Below are positions 52,461-64,000 of a stretch of 64,000 nucleotides of DNA, in pieces; position 1 is the first letter of the stretch, and every line of letters starts with the position of its first letter. The stretch is from Macrostomum lignano (Eukaryota): positions 47,583-111,582 of the forward strand of contig NIVC01000437.1 of assembly GCA_002269645.1 (NCBI GenBank), read 5' to 3'. A program made the translations under genes and the position numbers. The notes under the pieces are model-generated. The model was not told where the DNA came from. It worked only from the letters and a program-made list of their open reading frames with translations, and searched no databases.

Positions 52461-54391
52461 GGGCTATTAGAACTTCAAGACTTCTATCAATTGTCAAATG
52501 TGAGTAATAAGTAAAGCATGGAGTCTGCAGATGACCTGCAACTTATGTGGGTCATAGAGGCTCGGAATTGTAAAGGCTTGTAAACTAACTATAGGCTTGT
52601 AAAAGACGCTTCCAATCCAGATTCTACTTTAAGGAGGCCATGACAGGGACAGCTGGGAGCAGCGTATCTAACGAATTTCGTTCCCTGATTTGCCGTCCCT
52701 CCCCGTTTCTACTTTCGTCTCCCTCCAACCCTCGCCCACCCCTCCCACAGCCGTCCAGATGCAGATATAAAATCCCTTGGAGAGAGAGATATATCATCAA
52801 TTCAGAAAGCATTCTTCTTTATTTTCTTCCCATTTCCTTCATCATTTCCCAGTATATAACAGCTAAAGGAATCTTATAGTTTAGCAACCCGTATCCATAT
52901 ATTTATCCATATTTAGCCAATGAAATATATCAGCGTCTATTTAACCAAAATTCTTCGTAGAAGCAGGTGGCTGAATTAAAGATTCAACTATTTTCATTAA
53001 ATTGTGCGCCTTTAAAGGTGAGGAAATATTGAGGTTTTTTCTAGCACTTGCTTCGTCAAGTTTTTCATTTGCTGCTTAGCTCTCATTTAAGTATTCAAAG
53101 TAACAACAGAGACGTTAAGGGAGAGGAGATAGAAATGAAAGAGGGGAAAGAGAGATAGAGATGAGAGAGGAGAGAGATGAGATACCTTAAGAGAGGGGAG
53201 AGAGAGGGATAGAGATGAGAAAGGGGGAGAGAGATGAGACAGGGGAAGAGAGATGAGACAGGGGAAGAGAGATGAGACAGGGGGAGAGAGATGAGACAGT
53301 GGGAGAGAGGGATAGAGATAAAACAGGAGAGAGAGGGATAGAGACGAGACAGGGGGGGGAGCGACAGAGATGAGACACAGGAGAGAGAGAGAGGGATAAG
53401 GATGAATAACAAAAAACAACTCGAAATGAATATCTAGATATCCGCACCAATCCATTCTGAGCACTGCAAATTTCTCTAGTGTGGTATTCAATCCAATCAA
53501 GGATTGCCATAATTAATCTGGGAATTGCATATTTCCCAACGGGTGTAATCTGATCCTAGACAAAAAAAAATAATCAAAGCGGGAAAAACTGATTGAATCT
53601 ATAAGCGTCGGACGCACGACGAAATCCTTGAATCTGATTTGTACTTTTAAGAATTTGGATAGTAAGATAAAAAATAGTCTTGTTCTCGAAAATAATTATA
53701 AAATTGGCTTACAATCACAGTTTCAGCAAGAATTTTTTTACAAGAGATGCTTATATGTTAAGACAATTAGGAAATTCACGCCACATTGCGTGCTCTGAGA
53801 CTCGCTCTATCTGTGTAGGATATTTGGGGTGGGACAGGCCGATGTCGGCAATCTATGCTCTACTCTGTCTACATTTTTGTAGAACTGTAATACGAGTATA
53901 TGCAATTCTAAAAATAGCCTTGCCGAAATGCAATCGCTAAATCCCGGTGGCTAACTGCAGGGACGGACAGTACTGCGACTGTTGGGTTAGCAGTGTGAGA
54001 TTCGTGGATCGATATAAGAAGAGTAGCATCTGGGGCAGTTGCATGGCATCTTCGCGCACGCAGCATCCGCCCTGTCGCGCGCAAGAGAGAGAGAGAAAGA
54101 GAGAAGGGACAAGAATAGAGAATGGGTAAAAACCAAGCTTGGGATAGAATGTTGTGCAGAGTGGGAGGGAGGGAGAGAAGAGGCTTGGTGGTCTAGAGTA
54201 GGAGTTTCGACAGTTTACATGTACCTGATTGCGTACTTTCATGCTCTTATGTTTCTTAGATGCAAAGTGGCTCTCACCGATTCTTTGCTTGTAACGATTT
54301 ACGATTTACATTTTTACGTTGTTTTGACCGATTCGAACCGCTAAGTTACCCGAATCCCATGCTAGTAAAGTTTTAAAACTAACTTTTCACC

Positions 54392-54708
54392 AACCACCCA
54401 CACAGCCAGTTCAGACCCCTCACTATCGCACCAACCCCCCCCCCCCCACACAGCCAGTTCAGACCCCTCACTATCGCACCAACCCCCCACAGAACCAGTT
54501 CAGACCCCTCACTATCGCACCAACCCCCCCCCCCCCCCCACACAGCCAGTTCAGACCCCTCACTATCTCACCAACCCCCACAGAACCAGTTCAGACCCCT
54601 CACTATCGCACCAACCCCCCGCAGAACCAGTTCAGACCCCTCACTATCGCACCAACCCCCCCCCCCCACACAGCCAGTTCAGACCCCTCACTATCGCACC
54701 AACCACCC
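54392..54708. repeat. ~40-bp C-rich minisatellite immediately upstream of the four-repeat gene
   Basis: Unit CAGCCAGTTCAGACCCCTCACTATCGCACCAACC(C)n. Confidence 0.93.
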
Positions 54709-54782
54709 GCAGCATTCCCCTACTCCAATCAACCAAACGTTGCTGCATCCGGCAGCCCTAGCCGGCCTGCAAAATAGCCGGA

Positions 54783-57700
54783 ATGGGCAACCAAGCCAGC
54801 AGTGGTGTCGCAAATCGTCAGAATCACCATCGGGGTCGTCGGCGTCGCGGCGGCCACACCGGACCTCTAGGCGACACGACACCGGCTGACTGGCTGATGA
54901 CGCTGAGTCTGCGCGGCAGCAGCTGCCTCCAAGCCTGCAACTGCGACCCGGACACCGCGGCGCTGATGCAATCAGCTTTGGCACAGAGCTACCGGCCCGG
55001 ACTGAAGTGGTGCAATCACGATGGTCGACTGTGGACAGCGAAAATGCAGGGCCAGCCGTGGCACAGTCAGTGCCCCCGCGAGATCGACCAGATGGCTAAG
55101 CACGCTCTTAGCCAATTGTTGCAATCTTTATTTAGAGCCGGCTGGCGTCATCCAGTTGCTATGGAGACGTTGAGACGCTCGCAATTGTGCACCTGGTTAT
55201 TGACGAAGCAATCGCCATTGCCGGAGACTGAAGTGTTTTGCCTGGCGCCGAGCTGCTCTGATCGACTCACTTTGCTGGGCAGACCGCCGCCTGGGGCGTA
55301 CAATGCTGTGGTTGGGGCTGTGCAGCGGTGTTGGCCAAAGGGACTCCGACCTGCGGCTGCTGGGGCCCCCGGCTGCTCTCACGGTGGGTTAAGAGTGTGA
55401 GAGACGTTGTGATTGAGAGTTTGTAGAGTGAGGCTGTGGTAGAGTGAGACTGTAATAGAGTGAGGCTGTGGTAGAGTGAGACTGTAATAGAGTGAGGCTG
55501 TGGTAGAGTGAGGCTGTGGTAGGGTGAAGCTGTGGTAGAGTGAGGCTGTGGTAGAGTGAGACTGTGGTAGAGTGAGGCTGTGGTAGAGTGAGACTGTAAT
55601 AGAGTGAGGCTGTGGTAGAGTGAGGCTGTGGTAGGGTGAAGCTGTGGTAGAGTGAGGCTGTGGTAGAGTGAGACTGTGGTAGAGTGAGGCTGTGGTAGAG
55701 TGAGGCTGTGGTAGAGTGAGACTGTGGTAGAGTGAGGCTGTGGTAGAATGAGACTGTGGTAGAGTGAGGCTGTGGAAAAGTGAGGTTGTGGTAGATTGAG
55801 GCTGTGGAGCCTGTGGTAGAGTGTGGCTGTGGTAGAGTGAGGCTGTGGTAGAGTGTGGCTGTGGTAGATTAGATTGAGGCTGTGGTAGATTAAGACTGTG
55901 GTAAAGTGAAGCTGTGGTGGACTAAGACTGTGGTAGAGTGAGACTGTGGTAGAGTGAGGCTGTAGTAGAGTGAGGCTGTGGTAGAGTGAGGCTGTGGTAG
56001 AGTGAGGCTGTGGTGGACAAGACTGTGCTATAGTAAGGCTGAGACAATGGTGAGGCATTGTGAGAAGCTGACAGTACACTGTGGAATAGACAGACATGCA
56101 CCTGCAACTTATAGAATAAATTGTTTTATGGAAGACGGCCGCACCGTGTGAAATTTCCCCTACTTAGACAATCAGCTCAATGAGCAGCAGCAGGGAACTA
56201 CCGAGCTGCGTCTTCGAGGTAATCCGTGGAACGCCTACGAACGGGAACTGCGTGACGCGTCGCAGTGTCTGGCCGCCTGCGCAGCCGCCATTGGCGATAT
56301 TAAAGAAGTCAGAGAAGACAGAGCCGATGGAGTGAAATGGCTGCTGGCCATGGCCTGCTGCGTGAGAGCGAGCCAGCCCAGCTGTCTGTTTTTCTACTCG
56401 CGTTCGGTCAGGGGTGAACGTCTGGTTCGCAAGAATGGAGGAGAAAACGGCGGCGAGGTTGGAAAGATTCATCAATGCAACAAAGGCGAAGGCGAGGGCG
56501 AGAGAAATGCGACTAATTTGGCTACTAAGTTGGATTGTCGCTATCGACTGTTGGGATTTTCGCCGCCAGATTATGTGCGACTGCTGCCGTGTAGGTTGCC
56601 TATCGAGCAGTACCCATAGGGAGATGCGATAGGAGGATCGGGTATAGAGGAAGAGGGGATCGAGAAAGTCGAGGGAGATGGGGTAGAGAGGATGAGGGGG
56701 TAGAGAGGAGAGGGGTAGTAAGGGAGGTGGGGTAGAGAGGAGAGGGGGTAGAAAGGGAAAGGGGGTAGAGAGGGAGAAGGGGATAGCGAGAGAGAGGGGT
56801 TAGAGAGGGGGGTGGGGTAGAGAGGGAGAGGGGAAAGAGAGGGGGATAGCGAGGGAGAGGGTGTAGAGAGGGAGATGGGGAAAGAGAGGGAGAGGGTGTA
56901 GAGAGGAAGAGGGGGAAAGAGAGGGAGAGGGTGTAGAGAGGAAAATGGGGAAAGAGAGGGGGAAAGAGAGGGAGAGGGTGTAGAGAGGGAGATGAGGAAA
57001 GAGAGGGAGAGGGTGTAGAGAGGGAGAGGGGGAAAGAGAGGGAGAGGGGAAAGAGAGGGAGAGGGTGTAGAGAGGGAGAGGGGGAAAGAGAGGGAGAGGC
57101 GGTAGAGAGGGAGAGGGTGTAGAGAGGGAGAGGGGGAAAGAGAGGGAGAGGGGAAAGAGAGGGAGAGGGTGTAGAGAGGGAGAGGGGGAAAGAGAGGGAG
57201 AGGCGGTAGAGAGGGAGAGGGTGTAGAGAGGGAGAGGGGGAAAGAGAGGGAGAGGCGGTAGAGAGGGAGAGGGTGTAGAGAGGGAGAGGGGGAAAGAGAG
57301 GGAGAGGGGAAAGAGAGGGAGAGGGTGTAGAGAGGGAGAGGGGGAAAGAGAGGGAGAGGCGGTAGAGAGGGAGAGGGTGTAGAGAGGGAGAGGGGGAAAG
57401 AGAGGAAGAAGGGGAACGAGAGGGAGAGGGGGGGAAGATGGAAGGGCAGGGACAGAGCGAGGGAGAGGGAAAGGGGTGTTAGTTAGAAAGAAAGAAGATA
57501 TATAAAGGTAGAGAGAGGCAGTTTTGGACAGTAGCTAATGTAAGAAGACTGCAAGTTGCGCAAGGAAGAATGGAGACGGAAGGACAGTAAGAACAAGAGT
57601 GAAAGTCAAGGCCATAAGGCAGAAAAAAACAGATTATAAAAATGCAGTAATTCAATTTCAATTACTTGCAGCGGACCAAGCCCTGCTTTCTGCCATGTAC

Positions 57701-58540
57701 CACCGACTCACCAAGTCTTCAAGGTCACCTTGCCAACAACAGCAACAACAGGAGCAGCTCCTAGAAGAGCAGCAGCGGCAGCCGCTTCAACAGCAGCACA
57801 AGCACCTTCGCCTTGGCGGGTCTCCTTGGCGACCAGACACGCCTGTTGCTGCCCGCTCCGCCCGCCTAGCGGTTCTTGAACTGTTGAACGCGGCTGCATG
57901 GTCAGTTGGCGTCCCGGATTCCTGGCTACCCAGCCAGCCAATCAGAGCGTCTGGTCGGGTAACCGAGAAGCCCTATCTGCTGCTTAGCAGTGACTCCAAG
58001 CGCTCAGAATCCGACAGTTCGCAGCGGCGTCAGCGTTTCGTCTGTCTGGCACCCTCCGGTAGCAGCGCCCTGATGTTGGCTGGAGCAACAAGAGCTGAGT
58101 CTCGATTGGTCCGCGACACCTTGGAGTCTGCTGGCGCCCTGGCAGACGAGGAAGAGTTTACTAACGCTAAAGCCTCGCTTGTTGTTGTCGGTTTCCAGTT
58201 GAATCGTCGGTTTTGGTCTACTGGAGGGTCCGGCGGCGGCGGAGGCTTGGCTTCCGCCAGGACCTGCTGCTGCTGCTGTTGCTTTTGCTGCGTCTGCTGC
58301 TCCTGCGGTGGCAACAGCGCTGGCGGCGGAGGAGGTCAGGGAACAGCCGGTCATTGGCTTCTGCTTGCTTTGCTCACTAGACTGACTAGGAGCGAGTGCG
58401 GTTTCCGCCTGCTGTGCGCTTCAGATGTGGCGTCGCGTTTAGTGAGCAGATCGGACACGGTGCCTGAGGACTGGCCGACTCTGTGGCTGGCTGCACCGGC
58501 TGTTGAGTCAGCCGATGAGGCCCGGAAAGATTTTGTTTGA
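54783..58540 (+). CDS. Uncharacterised ~630-aa protein of four diverged modules; exons 54783-55383, 56168-56590, 57672-58540
   Basis: GT-AG junctions in phase (1, 1); total 1893 nt. Recurring MQGQPW / LRGNPW / LGGSPW / LNRRFW motifs; N-terminus MGNQAS. Confidence 0.75.
55418..56040. repeat. 16-bp minisatellite (GTAGAGTGAGGCTGTG)n, intron 1 of the four-repeat gene
   Basis: Visible array. Confidence 0.95.
56640..57470. repeat. GA-rich polypurine repeat, intron 2 of the four-repeat gene
   Basis: Visible array. Confidence 0.93.
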
Positions 58541-58626
58541 ATTGTTTTTTGTTTAACTGTGTAGCTGGAGAGGGTGAGGGTGAGTTTGATTTGCGAGCGC
58601 CGTAGCCTAATCGATTCCCAATGCTT

Positions 58627-58766
58627 GTGCAATCAAGGCCCTTGAGGGCCAACCCCCAAGGCGCAGTGAAGTGTACATGCCTAACGATAAAATAAAGTTA
58701 GGGCCGCTGTACACTCCTGTGTGAGTGTGTGCCTGCGCGTATCCGCGCGCTTGTGTGCCTGCTCAG
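58627..58766 (+). mobile_element. SINE family 1 internal fragment
   Basis: Matches ~6762-6890. Confidence 0.85.
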
Positions 58767-59329
58767 GTGATTGCCAGACCCATTTATTTGGCTTTGAACG
58801 CCAAGCCCCCAAGGTCCTTGTGTACTTCCCTGAGCATGAGATAAAGTTAACACCCTATGTGAGTCTGTCTGCGTGTACGTGTCACGGATCTGTTTCGCCT
58901 GTTTTTTGCTGCTTTATGATTGTCGCGTTGATTTTCCTTTCATTGCGAAAAAAAACTACAACATTGATTGTTGCGTGACGAAGATACTCCAATAAAGATT
59001 TTATTTCATTGTTCTTGATGATGCTGCTTCTGATTGGATTTACCAATCGGTGGCATTGCGAGTCATCGGAAGTGTCTTGTCTTGTACTTATTGCTGACGT
59101 TGTAGTTATTTTTTAGTGCCATAGATAGAATATCAGGTACTCGTATGTTTATTCGTCTCTATCTGCCTGTTTGTGATCTGATTATGCCCTATTTTTTCAT
59201 CGCTAAAGTGTGAGCTGGAGCCGTTAAATGGATTTGAATTTATAGAAGTCTAATTTTCTAACCCTCCAACCGCGCTTCAGTAAGCTGCACTTTGGAATAT
59301 AAAGCTTCCGTTTCCTATAGTATTGGACA

Positions 59330-59650
59330 ACCACTTTATCAACTTGCTGCTGTTCTTCCTTCCTTTCCATCCTTATCGGCGATCTCCCTCCATCAAATCT
59401 TCAATTGACAATCCTGCCTCACCTTTATCCTATAGCAGCTGAAGCACTACTGTATAAGCACTTCTATGCCGTGTTTATAGTAAAGTACAATGGGGGGCTT
59501 ACAGACCAGTTCTAGCCCTTGGCTCCTAAGCAAATACGAGCTATTTGAAGAATAAATTCTAAAGCAGCTTTTTAGTAAGTGCTTCAGTGCGCTGACAAAT
59601 TCTAAAGAGAATTTGCTCAGGACTTTAAATTGGATTGACTCAAACACGAC
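59330..59650 (-). mobile_element. Possible LINE (RTE-like) 3' relic
   Basis: Interrupted minus-strand reading L*DKGEAGLSIEDLMEGDRR*GWK loosely resembles RTE ORF2 C-termini. Weak support. Confidence 0.3.
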
Positions 59651-59689
59651 TCAAGATGGAGGGCTATTCACACGTGACTCTGAATAAAG

Positions 59690-61136
59690 CGATTCGGACA
59701 CGACTCTAAATGGGGTGATTCAGACACGAGTCTAAATGGAGTGATTTAGACACGAGTCTAAATGGGGCGATTTAGACACGAGTCTAAATGGGGTGATTTA
59801 GACACGAGTCTAAATGGGGCGATTTAGACACGAGTCTAAATAGGGCGATTCAGACACGAGTCTAAATAGGGCGATTCAGACACGAGTCTAAATAACGCGA
59901 TTCAGACACGAGTCTAAATGGGGTGATTTAGACACGAGTCTAAATGGGGCGATTTAGACACGAGTCTAAATGGGGTGATTTAGACACGAGTCAAAATGGA
60001 GCGATTCAGACACGAGACTAAATAGGGCGATTCAGACACGAGTCTAAATGGGGTGATTCAGACACGAGTCTAAGCGGGGTGATTCAGACACGAGTCTAAA
60101 TAGGGCGATTCAGACACGAGTCTAAATAGGGCGATTCAGACACGAGTCTAAATAACGCGATTCAGACACGAGTCTAAATAACGCGATTCAGACACGAGTC
60201 TAAATGGGGTGATTTAGACACGAGTCTAAATGGGGCGATTTAGACACGAGTCTAAATGGGGTGATTTAGACACGAGTCTAAGCGGGGTGATTCAGACACG
60301 AGTCTAAATAGGGCGATTCAGACACGAGTCTAAATGGGGCGATTTAGACACGAGTCTAAATGGGGTGATTCAGACACGAGTCTAAATGGGGTGATTCAGA
60401 CACGAGTCTAAGCGGGGTGATTCAGACACGAGTCTAAATAGGGCGATTCAGACACGAGTCTAAATAGGGCGCTTCGGACACGAATCTAAATGGGGCGATT
60501 CAGACACGAGTCTAAATAGGGCGATTCAGACACGAGTCTAAATAACGCGATTCAGACACGAGTCTAAGTGGGGCGATTCAGGCACGAGTCTAAATAGGGC
60601 GATTCAGACACGAGTCTAAATAACGCGATTCAGACACGAGTCTAAATGAGGCGATTCAGGCACGAGTCTAAATGGGGCGATTCAGACACGAGTCTAAATA
60701 ACGCGATTCAGACACGAGTCTAAATAGGGCACTTCGGACACGAGTCTAAATGGGCGATTCAGACACGAGTCAAAATGGAGCGATTCAGACACGAGACTAA
60801 ATAGGGCGATTCAGACACGAGTCTAAATAGGGCGATTCAGACACGAGTCTAAATAGGGCGATTCAGACACGAGTCTAAATAGGGCGATTCAGACACGAGT
60901 CTAAATAGGGCGATTCAGACACGAGTCTAAATAGGGCGCTTCGGACACGAGTCTAAATAGGGCACTTCGGACACGACTCTAAATAGGGCGCTTCGGACAC
61001 GAGTCTAAATAGGGCGATTCAGACACGAGTCAAAATGGAGCGATTCAGACACGAGACTAAATAGGGCGATTCAGACACGAGTCTAAATAGGGCGATTCAG
61101 ACACGAGTCTAAATAGGGCGCTTCGGACACGAGTCT
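59690..61136. repeat. 26-bp palindromic minisatellite, ~55 copies
   Basis: Unit GATT(C/T)AGACACGAGTCTAAAT plus ~5 variable nt (AGGGC/GGGGT/AACGC). Confidence 0.95.
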
Positions 61137-62607
61137 ATTTTTTTCGTAAACGTTACTACTAAATTTGAAGCATTTTTGTGTAAAGCCGAAACTACGCTCG
61201 TGGTTCACTTTTTAATATATTTTCCAATCTCTTGGTGAGTGTGTAGTGCAGTGCAGTGTGTCATGTAAGTGAAGGCATATCAACTATTGTTGAAGTAGGT
61301 GTCTAGCAATAAAGAAGGCAATGTCCATAAAATTCCAAGAGGAACTGTTTAGAGAGGGATAGAGATGAGGCCATACTTATGTGGGGGCCACCATATAAGC
61401 CACTCAGCTTTCGTGCTTGGCGTGTGTTATAGACTGCCGTGCGACACCTTATTTTTCCGGCTTCGTTGCACTTTTATAACTGCCGGGCAATATTGGCCGT
61501 GCAGCAATTCTGTCGTTGTGTGTCGCTCAAGTCTTCTCTCGTCTCTTTCTATCTTTTAGTCTCCCGCCATCTCTGCATGGTGCTCAATCAATACCAGCTA
61601 GCTAGGCCGCAACCCGATCCCCAGCCAAAAGACTTATGCTAAAAAAATTCTTTCAAAGCTGCATTTATGAGCCAATCTATCGTGCAGTGAAACATCTTTT
61701 TTTCAATTTAAGTCTCAATTAAGTATATGGCTGAGTGTATTCCCTTAGCTCGCAGCAGTTAAAACCTATGCTTTTAAATTTATTTATACTTGAAAGTCTC
61801 CAGGGACTCGAATTCATTTAAATTTTATTATTTAACCTCGCGTAACGCTGGGTGTTCTATCCGGAGGTTTTTTCCTTTCTTAATCAAGCTAAAATCATGT
61901 AAATTTATTCGATCCTCAATTTATTAAAATGAGTTACTATATGAGTTACAACGCTTTTGGTCACAACTTTGGGGCTTTGTACCTCAGTGCCTTGTGTCTC
62001 AGTGCCTTCCTCAGGTTCTGGCCCACATGAGGGGGTCAATTTTCCCTCATGAGGGGGATGTGTTTACCGGCTCTCTACTACCCCCCCCCTAAACAAGAAA
62101 TTGAGTTTGCCTTGTTCTTTCTTATCTGCCCAATTTGATACGCATTTCGTGCTTCCGATACATATAGGCAGCTATATTTAGCTACCCCGGAAGTGCAAGC
62201 TGATTACGGGCAGAGGGAGACATTGGCATCTCTGTCGGGAGCGAAGACAGCTGCTCGCTTTTTATCTTGTGTGTCTTAATAGTTCTCCTGCTTTTCTTAA
62301 ATTCATTTCCTGCTGTATAGCGGCGGTCTTTGCTGCGACCCTATCGTTTCGCTGTCGGCAGGATTTCAGGAAATGAGATCAGTTGGGATAATTAAGCAGT
62401 AATTTCACCGACTCAATTGATCTATCTATGCTCAGATTGAAGCTTCTTACATTCAGCGATTTTCTTGTCTAAGAAAAATCGAACTGTTTTCTTTTGCTGA
62501 CTAGGTATAATCATAAATCATGTATTGTACTTCAGTTTTTTAAAGCCATTTCTCCTGTTTTTATTCCAGCCGATATATTGTCGTTTATTAACGAAACGGT
62601 CTTGCCA

Positions 62608-64000
62608 ATGAGTTCCTACTTTAGTCGTCTAACTAAACTGCTATTCGAACTCGAATCTGTTGGGGGAAATGTCTACAGGTCTATATTGATACCTGGGTGA
62701 GTGTCTTTGCTGTTGTCAAACATACGTGTCCTTAATGGCTATTATTGAAGTGAGGTTAAAATGACGTTTTTGTCGAATTAAATCAGAGGTCCACAAAGCA
62801 TCTGTATCCGGCCCTCGGGTCCTTTTGAAACTTCTCAGAAGCAATCCGGCCCGCTCAGGGTTTGTGTCTCTTCTTAGCTCTCTTCTCTCACCTCTCTCTT
62901 CTCCTCTTCTCTCCTCTCCTCTCTTCTCCTCTTCTCTCCTCTCCTCTCCTCTCCTCTTCTCTCCTCTCCTCTCCTCTCCTCTCCTCTCCTCTCTTCTCCT
63001 CTCCTTTCGACTAAATGTAGATTAAATGATACATTAGAAATTTATATAATATTTTATTAAATAAAGCAGTACAGATACAGATTTTTACTATCGCGACTTT
63101 TACAGATTTTTGACAAATTTATAAAATAAATATACTTACACTCTACTTATTTTAGTATAGCATTGAGCTCGCATCGCACTCCCCACCCATTGACATTTCA
63201 GCAGCCAGCCGCTTTGGCAGGGCACTAGACGCGCTTATTCGGCGGCCAAGTAGCGCGCTCAGTGCCTCTCGGCTGCCTATAAAACCGTGGCCAGAGGATC
63301 GCTGTGTGTCACAGTTTTCACAGCTATTTTATCTCGCTTGTAAAGCTTTATATCTTGTTAAGTTGTAAACAATTCGCGAGGGGGGTAGACAAGTGTGAAA
63401 CTAATAGAACGTTTGGTTAGGTGGCTGGGCTGGCTGCGAGACTGGATATTTTATTGCCGGCTAGCTTGTTGTACTCGTAAAATGTACGTTTGAGCGGGCT
63501 ATAAAATTTATTGCCGCGGAGTGGGGTGGGCGCTGCCGCGTAGAATGTACACTGTGGTTTAGCTTTCGCAAAGGCCCAAACAACCTAATATGCAGGATCC
63601 GAAAAGCCTGTTGCTATTTTTAGAAATAGGTAATTCCGTTTTCAATTTAATGACCTTCGGGAACCCCTTGGGTAATAGAAGCATAAAAATCTACGGTTTT
63701 GGTTTAACAATCCGCCTCAGGAGATACAAAATGTATGCGATTTTCATCAATTTGCTAATGTTATTACTTGAAACATTATATTAGTAGTAGTAGTAGTAGT
63801 GTAACATTTACTTATTCCTATAATGTTTAGGCGACCAAGCTCTGCCAGTGTACTATCACGTTAGACAAATCCGCGACGGCCGCTCCTACACTAGTCGCAT
63901 GATTGAAGGCGTTCAAAAGGACAAAACAATCTTCTCAAATGATTGCTTCATTCTCGAAACCCGAGGCCGATATAGTGCATATTACTCAACCGATGCCAAA
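62608..64000 (+). CDS. ACOT8: Acyl-CoA thioesterase 8 / TesB-like, 5' part; exons ~62608-62696, 63202-~63339, 63831->64000; apparent 1-bp indels (pseudogene or assembly error)
   Basis: Motifs recovered across frame changes: LFELESVGGNVYR, LFGGQVA, AQCLSAAYKTV, CHSFHSYFISL, GDQALPVYYHVRQIRDGRSYTSR, IFS-MIASFSKPE...HITQPMP. Confidence 0.8.
62875..63005 (+). repeat. (CTCCT/CTCTT)n polypyrimidine repeat, ACOT8 intron 1
   Basis: Visible array. Confidence 0.93.

Noticed and set aside
59690-61136. CRISPR array (palindromic repeat plus variable part); likewise 41207-42012
   Set aside because: Variable parts are only ~5 nt and recur; there are no unique spacers or cas genes, and the context is eukaryotic.
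63270-63320. TATA-box promoter (CCTATAAAACC)
   Set aside because: It is coding sequence of ACOT8 exon 2 (TAT AAA ACC = Y-K-T in AQCLSAAYKTV).

Overview
Eukaryotic (metazoan) genomic DNA. Spliced genes with GC-rich exons, introns packed with private minisatellites and tRNA-derived SINEs suggest a free-living flatworm such as Macrostomum (inference only). Gene models were rebuilt by hand from GT-AG sites and phase checks: (1) 3' exon of a DEG/ENaC channel; (2) intact 11-exon prolyl 4-hydroxylase alpha-like gene lacking most catalytic residues; (3) intronless METTL24-like type II membrane protein with two methyltransferase domains; (4) 11-exon, ~1389-aa channel joining canonical ankyrin repeats to a TRPM-type pore/TRP domain; (5) intronless SMARCE1/BAF57; (6) LIN7; (7) dymeclin; (8) an uncharacterised ~630-aa four-repeat protein with lipidation-type signals; (9) the 5' part of an ACOT8/TesB thioesterase with several 1-bp indels. 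Mobile DNA: a very recent non-autonomous LTR element (apparently identical 316-bp LTRs, 4-bp TSD), a young SINE family with TSDs, a second SINE family, MITEs and a decayed full-length mariner. Two telomere-like arrays of opposite polarity flank the LIN7-DYM segment. Best leads: the ankyrin-TRPM chimera, the P4H pseudoenzyme, the tandem METTL24-like protein and the four-repeat protein. No database search was possible; family calls rest on remembered motifs.
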